A stretch of 63,899 nucleotides of DNA, the filler included. It is 6 parts of 6 records of this genome, joined end to end, with 100 filler letters (N's around TTAATTAATTAA, not from the genome) between each part and the next. Parts side by side here need not be neighbours in the genome. Positions count along the whole stretch, not along the records: positions 1 to 30,709 come from DRR723986_33704; 5 more parts are not named here. One strand, 5' to 3'. A program made the position numbers and the translations under genes. The first letter of the stretch is position 1, and the number at the start of each line of letters is the position of its first letter. Of this stretch, positions 1-8,938 are shown one piece after another. The notes under the pieces are model-generated. The model made no database searches and had not been told where the DNA came from. It saw nothing but the letters and a program-made list of their open reading frames with translations.

Positions 1-1
1 A

Positions 2-1645
2 ACTGGCGCCAGTTATTTGGTAATGGGCCGCTATTCGACTTTAGCGTTATTTGATAAGGTAGGCCTACAATACGGAACAGATGCAACGCCGACTTATGGT
101 GACGCCGCATTTAAATTGAACTTTCCTCTGAAAAAGGGTGGAAATTTATCTCTTTGGAGCATTGCGGGAACCAGTGGTATTGATATCCTAATTTCAGATC
201 AAACAGAACCAGACCAAGATGCTTTTGGTGAACAAGATAGAGATCAGCTTTTCGGAACTGATATGGCTATTGCAGGAATCACCTATAAAAAACCCATTAA
301 CAAAAAAACTTTTTTAAAAACGAGTTTGTCTTATGCCTATCAAAAGCAGTCAACGCAGCATTTATACATTTTGCGCACACTGCTTCCTGACAGCACCTGG
401 CAATATGATGCCGATCCATTTGACATGATGGGATATTCTTATCAAATTCAAACAGGTTCAGCCTATTTAAGCCTTAACCACAAATTAAATAAAAAGCACA
501 TCATCAAATACGGAATAAATCTTGATGCTTATCACATGAATATGCAGGATTCGATTCGTTTTGACATTACAGACTCGAGTTCTAACTTTTTTTACAGATG
601 GGATTACAAATCTACCTCACTCGATTTTTTGGCCCAGGCCTTCTTACAATGGAAGTATAAGATCAATCAACGCCTTACATTAAACGCGGGAGTACACGCA
701 CAGTATTTTACATTAAGTAATTCATTATCTGCTGCTGAACCAAGAATTGGGCTCAAAATTGCAACTTCCGATAAAAGCGTTCTTGCTTTAGGAGCTGGAA
801 TGCACTCACAACATCATCCCTTATATATCTATACCTATCATCAAAATTTAGGAAGCCAAAAAATCTATCACAATTTAGATATGGACTTCATTAGAAGTAT
901 TCATTCAGTGATAAGTTACTCCACCAAAATTGGCAAGTCTATGTCATTTAAAACAGAGGCCTATTACCAATATTTATACAATGTTCCTGTAACTGTAGAG
1001 CCAAGCTCATTTTCTATTCTAAACCAGGGAAGTGGCTTTGCCAGGTTTTTCCCTGACAGCCTTGAAAACACTGGAACAGGGTATAATTACGGACTCGAAT
1101 TCACGGTACAGAAATTCTTTGATAACAGTTTTTTCTTTATGACTACATTGAGTTTGTATAACTCTAAATACTACGGTAGTGACGGCATCTTGAGAAACAC
1201 TGATTTTAACGGTAATTATATTGCAAACGCCTTAGCCGGAAAAGAATTCAAAATCGGGAAAACAGATAAACACTCCTTATCCCTTGGATTGAAAGTGACC
1301 TATGCTGGAGGTAAGCGAAGAGGAATTGTTGACCCCGTCATGACTGATTCATTAAAAGAAGTCATTTTCTTAGATTCTGGATATAATGAAGTGCGATTTA
1401 AAGATTATTTCCGCTTAGATGTAAAGGTGAATTATGTGCTGAACGCTAAAAAAACAACACACGAGTTTGGTCTAGACCTTGTGAATATTTTGAATTATGA
1501 TAATATCCTTGGATTAACCTATACACCGAATCAAGACAATCCTATGATGCCATATCAAGAAAGAAATCAGCTTGGATTTCTACCAATTTTCTATTACAAA
1601 TTAGACTTCAAAGTTGCAGGGAAAAAAGAACCTCCTATCGAATAG
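2..1645 (+). CDS. TonB-dependent receptor-type outer-membrane beta-barrel protein, 5'-truncated by window start
   Basis: Frame is open from position 2. Amphipathic beta-strands with TBDR-like motifs (EPRIG, FKTEAYYQ, G.G.NYGLEF, YFRLD..V.Y, DLVNILN). Confidence 0.8.
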   Translation, partial: TGASYLVMGRYSTLALFDKVGLQYGTDATPTYGDAAFKLNFPLKKGGNLSLWSIAGTSGIDILISDQTEPDQDAFGEQDRDQLFGTDMAIAGITYKKPINKKTFLKTSLSYAYQKQSTQHLYILRTLLPDSTWQYDADPFDMMGYSYQIQTGSAYLSLNHKLNKKHIIKYGINLDAYHMNMQDSIRFDITDSSSNFFYRWDYKSTSLDFLAQAFLQWKYKINQRLTLNAGVHAQYFTLSNSLSAAEPRIGLKIATSDKSVLALGAGMHSQHHPLYIYTYHQNLGSQKIYHNLDMDFIRSIHSVISYSTKIGKSMSFKTEAYYQYLYNVPVTVEPSSFSILNQGSGFARFFPDSLENTGTGYNYGLEFTVQKFFDNSFFFMTTLSLYNSKYYGSDGILRNTDFNGNYIANALAGKEFKIGKTDKHSLSLGLKVTYAGGKRRGIVDPVMTDSLKEVIFLDSGYNEVRFKDYFRLDVKVNYVLNAKKTTHEFGLDLVNILNYDNILGLTYTPNQDNPMMPYQERNQLGFLPIFYYKLDFKVAGKKEPPIE

Positions 1646-1694
1646 TGTAACCTTGTAAATAATGCTCCGTAAAAACGTTTATAAAACCTATTTT

Positions 1695-2042
1695 ATGAGT
1701 ACTTGTTTAGAATGTGAAAAAGATTTTGACGGCAGATCCAACAGAAAGTTTTGCTCTATTTCTTGTAAAAACAAATATCATAACACGCGGAACAAAGAGA
1801 AAGAAGCCGCGGTTTTAGAAATCAATAAGATATTGCATAAAAACTGGGCTACTCTTCACAAGCTATATGAAGTTTACAGAAGCGCCCCTATTTCAATGGA
1901 TGTTGCCGAAGCGTATGGGTATAATAAAAACTATTTTACGCATATTCATAATTCACCTATGGGCGAAAAATACACCATGATTTACGATTTAGGCCTTAAG
2001 AACCATATCGACAATAAAATTCAAATCATTATGATTGATTAA
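1695..2042 (+). CDS. Small Zn-finger protein (CxxC...C-x3-C), Bacteroidota conserved hypothetical
   Basis: CLECEKDFDGRSNRKFCSISCKNKYHN motif. ATG 1695 preferred over 1662 because the motif follows it directly. Confidence 0.65.
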   Translation: MSTCLECEKDFDGRSNRKFCSISCKNKYHNTRNKEKEAAVLEINKILHKNWATLHKLYEVYRSAPISMDVAEAYGYNKNYFTHIHNSPMGEKYTMIYDLGLKNHIDNKIQIIMID

Positions 2043-2107
2043 GGTTTTGAGCCTTTTTCTGTTTAATACTTCTTCAATTTCTGAATATTAGTCTGAAATT
2101 CGCTCCG

Positions 2108-2115
2108 TATATTTG
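2108..2115 (+). promoter_or_regulatory. Bacteroidota sigma70 -7 element (TAnnTTTG)
   Basis: TATATTTG, 5 nt upstream of the S9 peptidase ATG. Confidence 0.6.
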
Positions 2116-2120
2116 TCAGT

Positions 2121-4928
2121 ATGTCAAATAAGAGCCTTTTACTTTTTCTCGCTTCTGCATTTTTTTCATGCTTCTCAAGTTTTGGACAAAAAAAACCCAT
2201 TGACCATACTGCATATGATGAATGGAAAAGAATTGAAGCTATTCAATTATCTCGTTCTGGAGACTGGGTAAGTTACGAGTCAAACCCATTAGATGGAGAT
2301 AGTGAATTACATATTCAAAAGACTAACCAATCGATTGATCGCGTCTTTATAAGGGGTAAAAAAGCTCAATTCTCAGAATCTAATTCTTATTGTGCTTTTC
2401 TATTAAAACCTCAACATGACTCACTGAGAAAATTAAAGCTCGACAAAGTCGACAAGAACAAATTGCCCAAAGACAGTTTAGTTGTTTATTGGACTGCGAA
2501 TGATTCGATTAAAAAAATCAAGGACATTAGTTCATTCAAAATTGCAGAAAAAGGAAATTGGATGGCCTATTTGCATACCAAAGATCTTAGCCCGGCCTTG
2601 GATAAAAAACAACTCAAAAAGCTAAAAAAGAAAGGACTATCTCCTCCTAAAACCAGTGGTAAAACCCTGACACTATTTAATCCAATCACCGGGAAAAAGA
2701 AAAAAATTCATGGAGTAAAAGAGTACGCCTTTAATAGAACAGGCACCTTGATCGCAGTAACACAAAGTAATAAAGGCGAGAAAGACTCATTATCACTAAC
2801 GGTCTTCAGTTTAAAAGATGATGAAAAACACACCATTGCTAATCAACAATTTTCTATCATGAAAATGAGTTTTGACTATCAAGGTGATCAACTCCTTTTC
2901 TATTCGTCTCAAGATACCGGTAAAACGAAAAATTATCAGCTCAGCTATTGGAAAACTACAACAACACTGCCTCAACTATTAGTAGATTCCACAACCTCTG
3001 GAATGCCTGATGGCTGGACCGTGTCACCTAATTCAAGACCTTATTTTTCAAGAGATGGCAAAAAGATCTATTTAGGAACCAATGAAATTAACAGGGAAAA
3101 GCCTGAAGACTCCCTGCTAGTTAATGAAAAAGCCAAAGTGGATATTTGGTCGGGGACTGATTTAAAAATACAACCAGAACAGCTAAAAAACTTAAAGAAA
3201 GAGAAGTCTAAAAGCTACTTGGCTGTTTACCGACTCGACAATAACTCTTTTCATCAATTAGAAAACGATCTAATAGAACGAGTGAGACCGTATAATTTTG
3301 GAAATTCCGATTTTGCCATTGGTTATGATACGAAATCTCATAGTAGAGAAAGAAACTGGGCTTTTCCCTGGAGAACAAATTATCATCTTTACAACCTGAA
3401 TGACGGCACCCAAAAATTGTTAAAAGCAGAACTACTTCACGGAGGTTCATTATCTCCTTCTGGCAAGTTTTTTATGTATTATAATGGGTCTGACAGCACC
3501 TGGATGGGCGTTAACACAAGTGACTTAAGCGAAACCAATGTTTCAGACAATGTTCCGGTTTCATTTTCATCCAGAAATAACGGAATGCCATTTGTTGCAT
3601 ATCCTGAAAGTAGCTTGGGATGGATGAAAATTAACGGTGAGGAGTTTTTCGTTTGTAAAGATTTTTATGACGTCTGGTGTCTTCATCCAACAAATCCTGA
3701 CAAAAATTTTTCATTGACGAACAGCGAAGGAGCAAAGTCACAAATCCGCTTTACAATTCAACATTTAGAAAGAGACAGCATCTATCTATCTCCAGAAACG
3801 ATAATAATTAGAGGCATGGATGACTCAACTAAAAACGAATCCATCTATTCAGTTAGCTTTGAAGGACGTGAAGTTAACCTCAAAAAACATATAGAGTCTC
3901 CCCATAAGATCATTTATTTATCAAAAGCACAGAACTCAAATAAAGTGATCATAAGAAGGTCTAGCTTTATTGAATATCCAGAAATAGAATTCACCACCAC
4001 AAAGTTTAAGCAACTCAAAAAATTATCCAACACAAATCCTCAACAAGAAGATTATAATTGGGCCACCGTAGAGTTTGTGGATTGGAATGCTTACGACAGT
4101 ACTAAACTACGCGGATTACTTTACAAACCAGAAGACTTCGACTCTACAAAATCTTACCCTATGATCGTTTATTTTTATGAAGATTATCAGGACAACATTA
4201 ACTTCTATTATGCTCCCAAACCAACGGCATCAATAATCTATCCAACGGAATACTGTAGCAACGGATATATCGTGTTCATACCAGATGTTGCCTACGATCC
4301 TGGTCATCCAGCAAAATCTGCATATAACTGTATCGTTAGCGGAACTGAATATTTAGTGAATAAGTACTCATGGATTGACTCAACAAGACTTGGATTACAA
4401 GGGCAAAGTTGGGGTGGATATCAAACAGCTCAACTCATTACCATGACCAACAAATACAAAGCTGCAATGGCAGGTGCTCCAGTAAGCAACATGTTCTCTG
4501 CTTATGGCGGCATTCGTTGGGGAAGTGGCTTATCTAGAATGTTTCAATACGAGCGAACACAAAGTAGAATTGGATATACCATCTGGGAGCGCCCAGATTT
4601 ATACATAGAAAACTCTCCCATATTTGGAATTCCTAACGTTGAAACACCACTTTTAATTATGCACAATGACAAAGATGGAGCGGTGCCATGGTATCAGGGC
4701 ATAGAAATGTTTATGGGTATGAGAAGGTTAGATAAAACGGTGTGGATGTTGAATTACAATGATGATTTTCACAACTTAACGCGACTTGCCAATAAGCGGG
4801 ATTTAAGTATTAGAATGAGACAGTTTTTTGATCACTACTTGTTAGGCAAGCCTATGCCCGACTGGATGAAAAATGGATTACCTGCAACCGAAAAAGAATT
4901 TAACAATGGTATTCAACACGAAAAATAA
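2121..4928 (+). CDS. Secreted S9 family (prolyl oligopeptidase/acylaminoacyl-like) peptidase
   Basis: Signal peptide, beta-propeller region, nucleophile motif GQSWGG, Asp in DGAVP, His in DDFHNL. Confidence 0.9.
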   Translation: MSNKSLLLFLASAFFSCFSSFGQKKPIDHTAYDEWKRIEAIQLSRSGDWVSYESNPLDGDSELHIQKTNQSIDRVFIRGKKAQFSESNSYCAFLLKPQHDSLRKLKLDKVDKNKLPKDSLVVYWTANDSIKKIKDISSFKIAEKGNWMAYLHTKDLSPALDKKQLKKLKKKGLSPPKTSGKTLTLFNPITGKKKKIHGVKEYAFNRTGTLIAVTQSNKGEKDSLSLTVFSLKDDEKHTIANQQFSIMKMSFDYQGDQLLFYSSQDTGKTKNYQLSYWKTTTTLPQLLVDSTTSGMPDGWTVSPNSRPYFSRDGKKIYLGTNEINREKPEDSLLVNEKAKVDIWSGTDLKIQPEQLKNLKKEKSKSYLAVYRLDNNSFHQLENDLIERVRPYNFGNSDFAIGYDTKSHSRERNWAFPWRTNYHLYNLNDGTQKLLKAELLHGGSLSPSGKFFMYYNGSDSTWMGVNTSDLSETNVSDNVPVSFSSRNNGMPFVAYPESSLGWMKINGEEFFVCKDFYDVWCLHPTNPDKNFSLTNSEGAKSQIRFTIQHLERDSIYLSPETIIIRGMDDSTKNESIYSVSFEGREVNLKKHIESPHKIIYLSKAQNSNKVIIRRSSFIEYPEIEFTTTKFKQLKKLSNTNPQQEDYNWATVEFVDWNAYDSTKLRGLLYKPEDFDSTKSYPMIVYFYEDYQDNINFYYAPKPTASIIYPTEYCSNGYIVFIPDVAYDPGHPAKSAYNCIVSGTEYLVNKYSWIDSTRLGLQGQSWGGYQTAQLITMTNKYKAAMAGAPVSNMFSAYGGIRWGSGLSRMFQYERTQSRIGYTIWERPDLYIENSPIFGIPNVETPLLIMHNDKDGAVPWYQGIEMFMGMRRLDKTVWMLNYNDDFHNLTRLANKRDLSIRMRQFFDHYLLGKPMPDWMKNGLPATEKEFNNGIQHEK

Positions 4929-4976
4929 CGTGGTTGTTGACTAAATGATCATTTTTTAATACCTTAACAGCATTAA

Positions 4977-5318
4977 ATGAATCTATTTAAGAGTATAATA
5001 TTAGTTTTAGCCATGTCCAGTTTTACTGGATTTAGCCAAAATGTTGTGACTATTCCAAACATTTTCACTCCAAATGATGATGGTGATAATGATGTTTTTA
5101 GAATACGTGATGCAGAAGCATTTGATGAGCTAACCTGTACGATTTACAATCGTTATGGAGAGCCCGTATATCGATTTTATGGTTTAAATGGCTCTTGGGA
5201 TGGCTATAGTCATGCAGGTGTCAAAGTAAGCGCCGGAGTATACTTTGTAATACTAGAAGTTTCTGCTTCTGATGGTGAAAAAAAGACACAACAAGCGACT
5301 TTACAAGTCCACTATTAA
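4977..5318 (+). CDS. Signal peptide plus stand-alone T9SS type-B sorting domain (gliding motility-associated C-terminal domain)
   Basis: IPNIFTPNDDGDND.F...IYNRYG..VY...WDG...GVYF motif directly after the signal peptide. Confidence 0.85.
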   Translation: MNLFKSIILVLAMSSFTGFSQNVVTIPNIFTPNDDGDNDVFRIRDAEAFDELTCTIYNRYGEPVYRFYGLNGSWDGYSHAGVKVSAGVYFVILEVSASDGEKKTQQATLQVHY

Positions 5319-5321
5319 TTC

Positions 5322-5504
5322 CTATTCCAACAGCAGTTCAATTTGATTATTCTCATCCGCCCTATTCTTCAAGGTGTGATTGAGATAGATTATTAATCCC
5401 AACAGGACAATTGCTATAATGATTTTTCTAATTAGCGCCCATGGAATCTTTCGCTCGTGTTTTTTAAACCGCTTGAGGTTAATTTTTGAGTCATTCTCTG
5501 TCAT
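5322..5504 (-). CDS. Small single-pass membrane protein
   Basis: Basic N-terminus and one hydrophobic helix. ATG at 5504 overlaps the upstream gene stop (ATGA). Confidence 0.6.
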   Translation of the reverse strand: MTENDSKINLKRFKKHERKIPWALIRKIIIAIVLLGLIIYLNHTLKNRADENNQIELLLE

Positions 5505-7483
5505 ACTTTTACACCCATCAAGCAAACATCATCAATTTGTTCTAAATCCCCTTTCCATTCTTTAAACCTATTGAGCAATCGAATTTTTTGCTCTTGCATT
5601 TCCAAATGATTATTCGCCATCAACAACTCTCTTAACTGCTTATACTTAAACTTTTTACCCTTCGGTCCACCAAATTGATCTGCATATCCATCTGAAAAGA
5701 TATAAATTGAATCACCTGGGGAAAGCTGAACTTTATGATTGGTGAACTTATCAGGTCTTTCTGGCATGTAACCAACGGGTTGTTTATCTGGTTTGATTTC
5801 CTTCATTTCTCCGTTTTGCACAAAATAAACCGGATTATTGGCGCCGGCATACTCAAAGGTCAGGGTATTTAAATCGAGTACACATAGAGCCATATCCATT
5901 CCGTCTTTCCGGGCGTTTTCTGACCCTTGTTGACTTAGTGCTGTAATGACACGTTCTCGTAGCTCATCTAGGATATCAGATGGCTGTAAAATCCTTCTTT
6001 CATTGACGATCTGATGTAAAAATGTATTACCTATCATACTCATGAAAGCACCTGGAACTCCATGACCGGTGCAATCAGCAGCCGTAAAAACTACTTTACT
6101 ACCAACTCTTGAATACCACAAAAAATCTCCAGACACTATGTCTTTGGGCATTAATATGAAAAACGAATCTGAAAACAAGCCTTCATTTTCTTTAGTGGGT
6201 AACAAGGCCTCTTGAATTTTGCTCGCATATTCAATACTTGCAGTTATATCATTATTCTTTTCTTGGATGATTTCATTGGCAACCTGAAGTTCTAAATTCG
6301 CTTTTTGTTTTATTCTATTTCTATTATACAATACAAGTGCGAGTCCTACCAACAATAAAAGACCAACCACCACAGAAACAATTATCAATTTTGATTGATT
6401 TAAACGCGCCTTGTTCTCTTTGTTTTGGAGACTTTCAATTTTGTTTTGTTGCTGTAAAATTTCATTCTCTTTCTGAGTCTGTACAGAATTATACTTCTCC
6501 TGCATTTCTATTAAAGTCTGTCTATTCTCTTGTAACTGAATAGTGTCACGCCAAGCCATGTACAACTTATAATTATCCATAGCGTTTTTGTACTCACCTA
6601 AATTTTCGTAAGTACTTGCTATTCCCTTATAGGCCGCCTTTTTAGCACCAGGAGAGTTTAATAAATCTGCATATTCTAAAGACTTAAAATCGTAAACCAA
6701 GGCAATTTTATTTTTGCCTTGACGCCTAAAAGCAAGGGCCAAATTATTATAAGACCTAGCAACTCCGTCTAGGTCGTTTAATTCGCTTTGTATCTCAATT
6801 GCCGAGAAGAACCACGCTTTTCCGTCATCATAATTGCCTTTAGAAATTTCAAGGGCTCCCAAGTTTAAATATACGGTCGCTTCGGTTTCTTGATTATTCT
6901 CTTTTATTGCTAACTCCAAAGCAAAATCTAAGTTTATACGTGCTTTTTCAAAATCCCTTAGTTGAATATAAATACCTCCAAGGTTTAGATAAGAAGTTGT
7001 TGCCCCTTCAACATTTCCCATTAACACGTCAATTCGGGCGGACTCACTCATTTTATCAAGACCCGTTTCATACTCGCCTAGATTCATATAAACCATGGCT
7101 TGATTGTTTAATGCCTTGGAAAGATGTAGAGAATCATTATTAATTTCTGCAAGTCGATAAGTTTCCTGGAAATAATGTAAAGCCGAATCTTCCTTTTCCA
7201 TTCCCAAAAAAGAAATTCCTATTAAATTGGTTGTAAACGTGATGTCTTGTGAAGATTCTTTTACCGCCAATTCATGTGCCTGTCTAGCTATTTCTAAAGC
7301 CTTTTGTGAATCATTGTGTTGAAAGTTAAAGCTCAGCTCACCCATCAATATAATCTTCTCATGCGGGTTTTTCGCAGTAAAAATTTGAGCCGACAAACTA
7401 TCTTCAAGGTAAGACTGTGAGAATGAAGAGTTCACTCCTGCGTAAAACACGCAAAACCATATAAGTAGTTGTTTTAAATGCAT
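5501..7483 (-). CDS. Membrane receptor: periplasmic TPR repeats, TM, coiled coil and SpoIIE/PP2C phosphatase
   Basis: TPR repeats (SYLNLG, VYLNLG, SYNNLA), TM helix, then PKDIVSGDF, DCTGHGVPGAFMS, DGMD, FSDGYADQFGG, QIDDV. Confidence 0.9.
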   Translation of the reverse strand: MHLKQLLIWFCVFYAGVNSSFSQSYLEDSLSAQIFTAKNPHEKIILMGELSFNFQHNDSQKALEIARQAHELAVKESSQDITFTTNLIGISFLGMEKEDSALHYFQETYRLAEINNDSLHLSKALNNQAMVYMNLGEYETGLDKMSESARIDVLMGNVEGATTSYLNLGGIYIQLRDFEKARINLDFALELAIKENNQETEATVYLNLGALEISKGNYDDGKAWFFSAIEIQSELNDLDGVARSYNNLALAFRRQGKNKIALVYDFKSLEYADLLNSPGAKKAAYKGIASTYENLGEYKNAMDNYKLYMAWRDTIQLQENRQTLIEMQEKYNSVQTQKENEILQQQNKIESLQNKENKARLNQSKLIIVSVVVGLLLLVGLALVLYNRNRIKQKANLELQVANEIIQEKNNDITASIEYASKIQEALLPTKENEGLFSDSFFILMPKDIVSGDFLWYSRVGSKVVFTAADCTGHGVPGAFMSMIGNTFLHQIVNERRILQPSDILDELRERVITALSQQGSENARKDGMDMALCVLDLNTLTFEYAGANNPVYFVQNGEMKEIKPDKQPVGYMPERPDKFTNHKVQLSPGDSIYIFSDGYADQFGGPKGKKFKYKQLRELLMANNHLEMQEQKIRLLNRFKEWKGDLEQIDDVCLMGVKV

Positions 7484-7551
7484 CTTGACTAGCGTAAAAT
7501 ACTAAATTTAATTGCTATATTGAAAATTGAACCACAATTAAAACTAATACA

Positions 7552-7863
7552 ATGGAAAGAGATTTTTTAGTACGATCACACAGAGAAGGCACAGTTGACA
7601 CTACAGCTGACATGGAAACTATAATCAGTAATATGGGCTGCATTGGATTCAATAAGCGAGCACTTGGTAAAGTGACTATTATAGTTCAAAAAACAGGCGG
7701 AGAAATAACCAAACAAAAAGTAAAATGGGATGAAGCAAATGATCCTATTTTTAACGAATCACAACGAAAAGATGCAGATTCACTGTTGCCTATGGCTGTA
7801 AAAGTTGTAGATGGGGGTGGAGATGATGGCGAAATAAGAATTAAACTTATCGCAAAACTTTAA
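7552..7863 (+). CDS. Hypothetical protein (103 aa)
   Basis: Fills the gap between divergent and convergent neighbours, has an A-rich leader, and is followed by a terminator. No family recognised. Confidence 0.55.
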   Translation: MERDFLVRSHREGTVDTTADMETIISNMGCIGFNKRALGKVTIIVQKTGGEITKQKVKWDEANDPIFNESQRKDADSLLPMAVKVVDGGGDDGEIRIKLIAKL

Positions 7864-7879
7864 AATCAAGATATACAGA

Positions 7880-7913
7880 CTAAAAAGGCGAGCTAAATAG
7901 CTCGCCTTTTTAG
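7880..7913. terminator. Bidirectional intrinsic terminator
   Basis: Inverted repeat CTAAAAAGGCGAGCTA-AA-TAGCTCGCCTTTTTAG between convergent genes. Confidence 0.85.
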
Positions 7914-8938
7914 TTTCTTCTTCTCTTAAATAAAGCAAAATCAAGATTGGTATAAACCAACGAAAACTCAAGTCCCCCAGCTCTTGCAACTTGACCAAGC
8001 TTTGACAAAGTAATATCATAAGACAGACCCAGTTTGAAGCCCTTAATATCAACAAATACTACAGGTGAAATAGCGTCACTGACTCTATAAAATAATCCTC
8101 CAGATAGATGAGCATCACGCGTAAGACCAGTGGTCTTAGACCCTGATGAGATTCTATATCTTAACAATCCACCGAACATTGTTTCAGAATGTGGTCCTTG
8201 TAGATACTGATTAAAAAGCAGCTCTACACCCAATTTAGACCCAGATATATCTTTTAAAAACGAAGCGTTAATCCCCAATTTGGCATATAACTCTTCTTTA
8301 AACCCAAGTCTATATTTTAATTCGGGTTTATTGACGTGCAAATACGAAAACCCTATAATAAAATCAGTAGCATCATCCCTTTCAAATCCAATTTTATGAT
8401 TTCCATATCTATAATTCAATCCGAATCCAATATCAGGGTAAACAAAAGAAACTAGGGTGTTGTTTTCATTATTCGGCAATGTTTGATCTAATTCAGTTCC
8501 ATTAAATTGATTCGCAAAAAGCAATTGTCTTAAATCTCCCGTTCGCTGGCCAATACCAACTTGAATTGCTGCAGATAAAGCATGTGATTCTCCTAACGGA
8601 ACAATTGCGTTAGCATTCATTAACATCTGCTTAGTTCCAAACTTACTGTCACCGCCTTTATCATTATAGAATTGCATTCCTACACCTAGATGTGCCCCAT
8701 TTTCTCCTTTTGACTTAAAGAAGTTCATGTCAGCAGCTACCGAGGTTGTTTGAAATTTGGTTCCAGCACTTACCCATTGACTTTTATGCGCCACTCCTAC
8801 TCGTTCCCAACCATTAAACATTCCAGTAAACGCTGGATTCTGCAACATTGGCGTTTGCTGAAACTGTGTAAAATGAATATCCTGGGAAAAAGCGGTCGAA
8901 GCAATTAACAAGGAAAATAATATCCCGAACTTTTTCAT
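7910..8938 (-). CDS. PorP/SprF family type IX secretion system outer-membrane protein
   Basis: QDIHFTQF...NPAFTG N-terminus, QW motif, YPDIGFG, H.N.P, GLSYD; lies directly downstream of a type-B CTD protein. Confidence 0.9.
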   Translation of the reverse strand: MKKFGILFSLLIASTAFSQDIHFTQFQQTPMLQNPAFTGMFNGWERVGVAHKSQWVSAGTKFQTTSVAADMNFFKSKGENGAHLGVGMQFYNDKGGDSKFGTKQMLMNANAIVPLGESHALSAAIQVGIGQRTGDLRQLLFANQFNGTELDQTLPNNENNTLVSFVYPDIGFGLNYRYGNHKIGFERDDATDFIIGFSYLHVNKPELKYRLGFKEELYAKLGINASFLKDISGSKLGVELLFNQYLQGPHSETMFGGLLRYRISSGSKTTGLTRDAHLSGGLFYRVSDAISPVVFVDIKGFKLGLSYDITLSKLGQVARAGGLEFSLVYTNLDFALFKRRRN

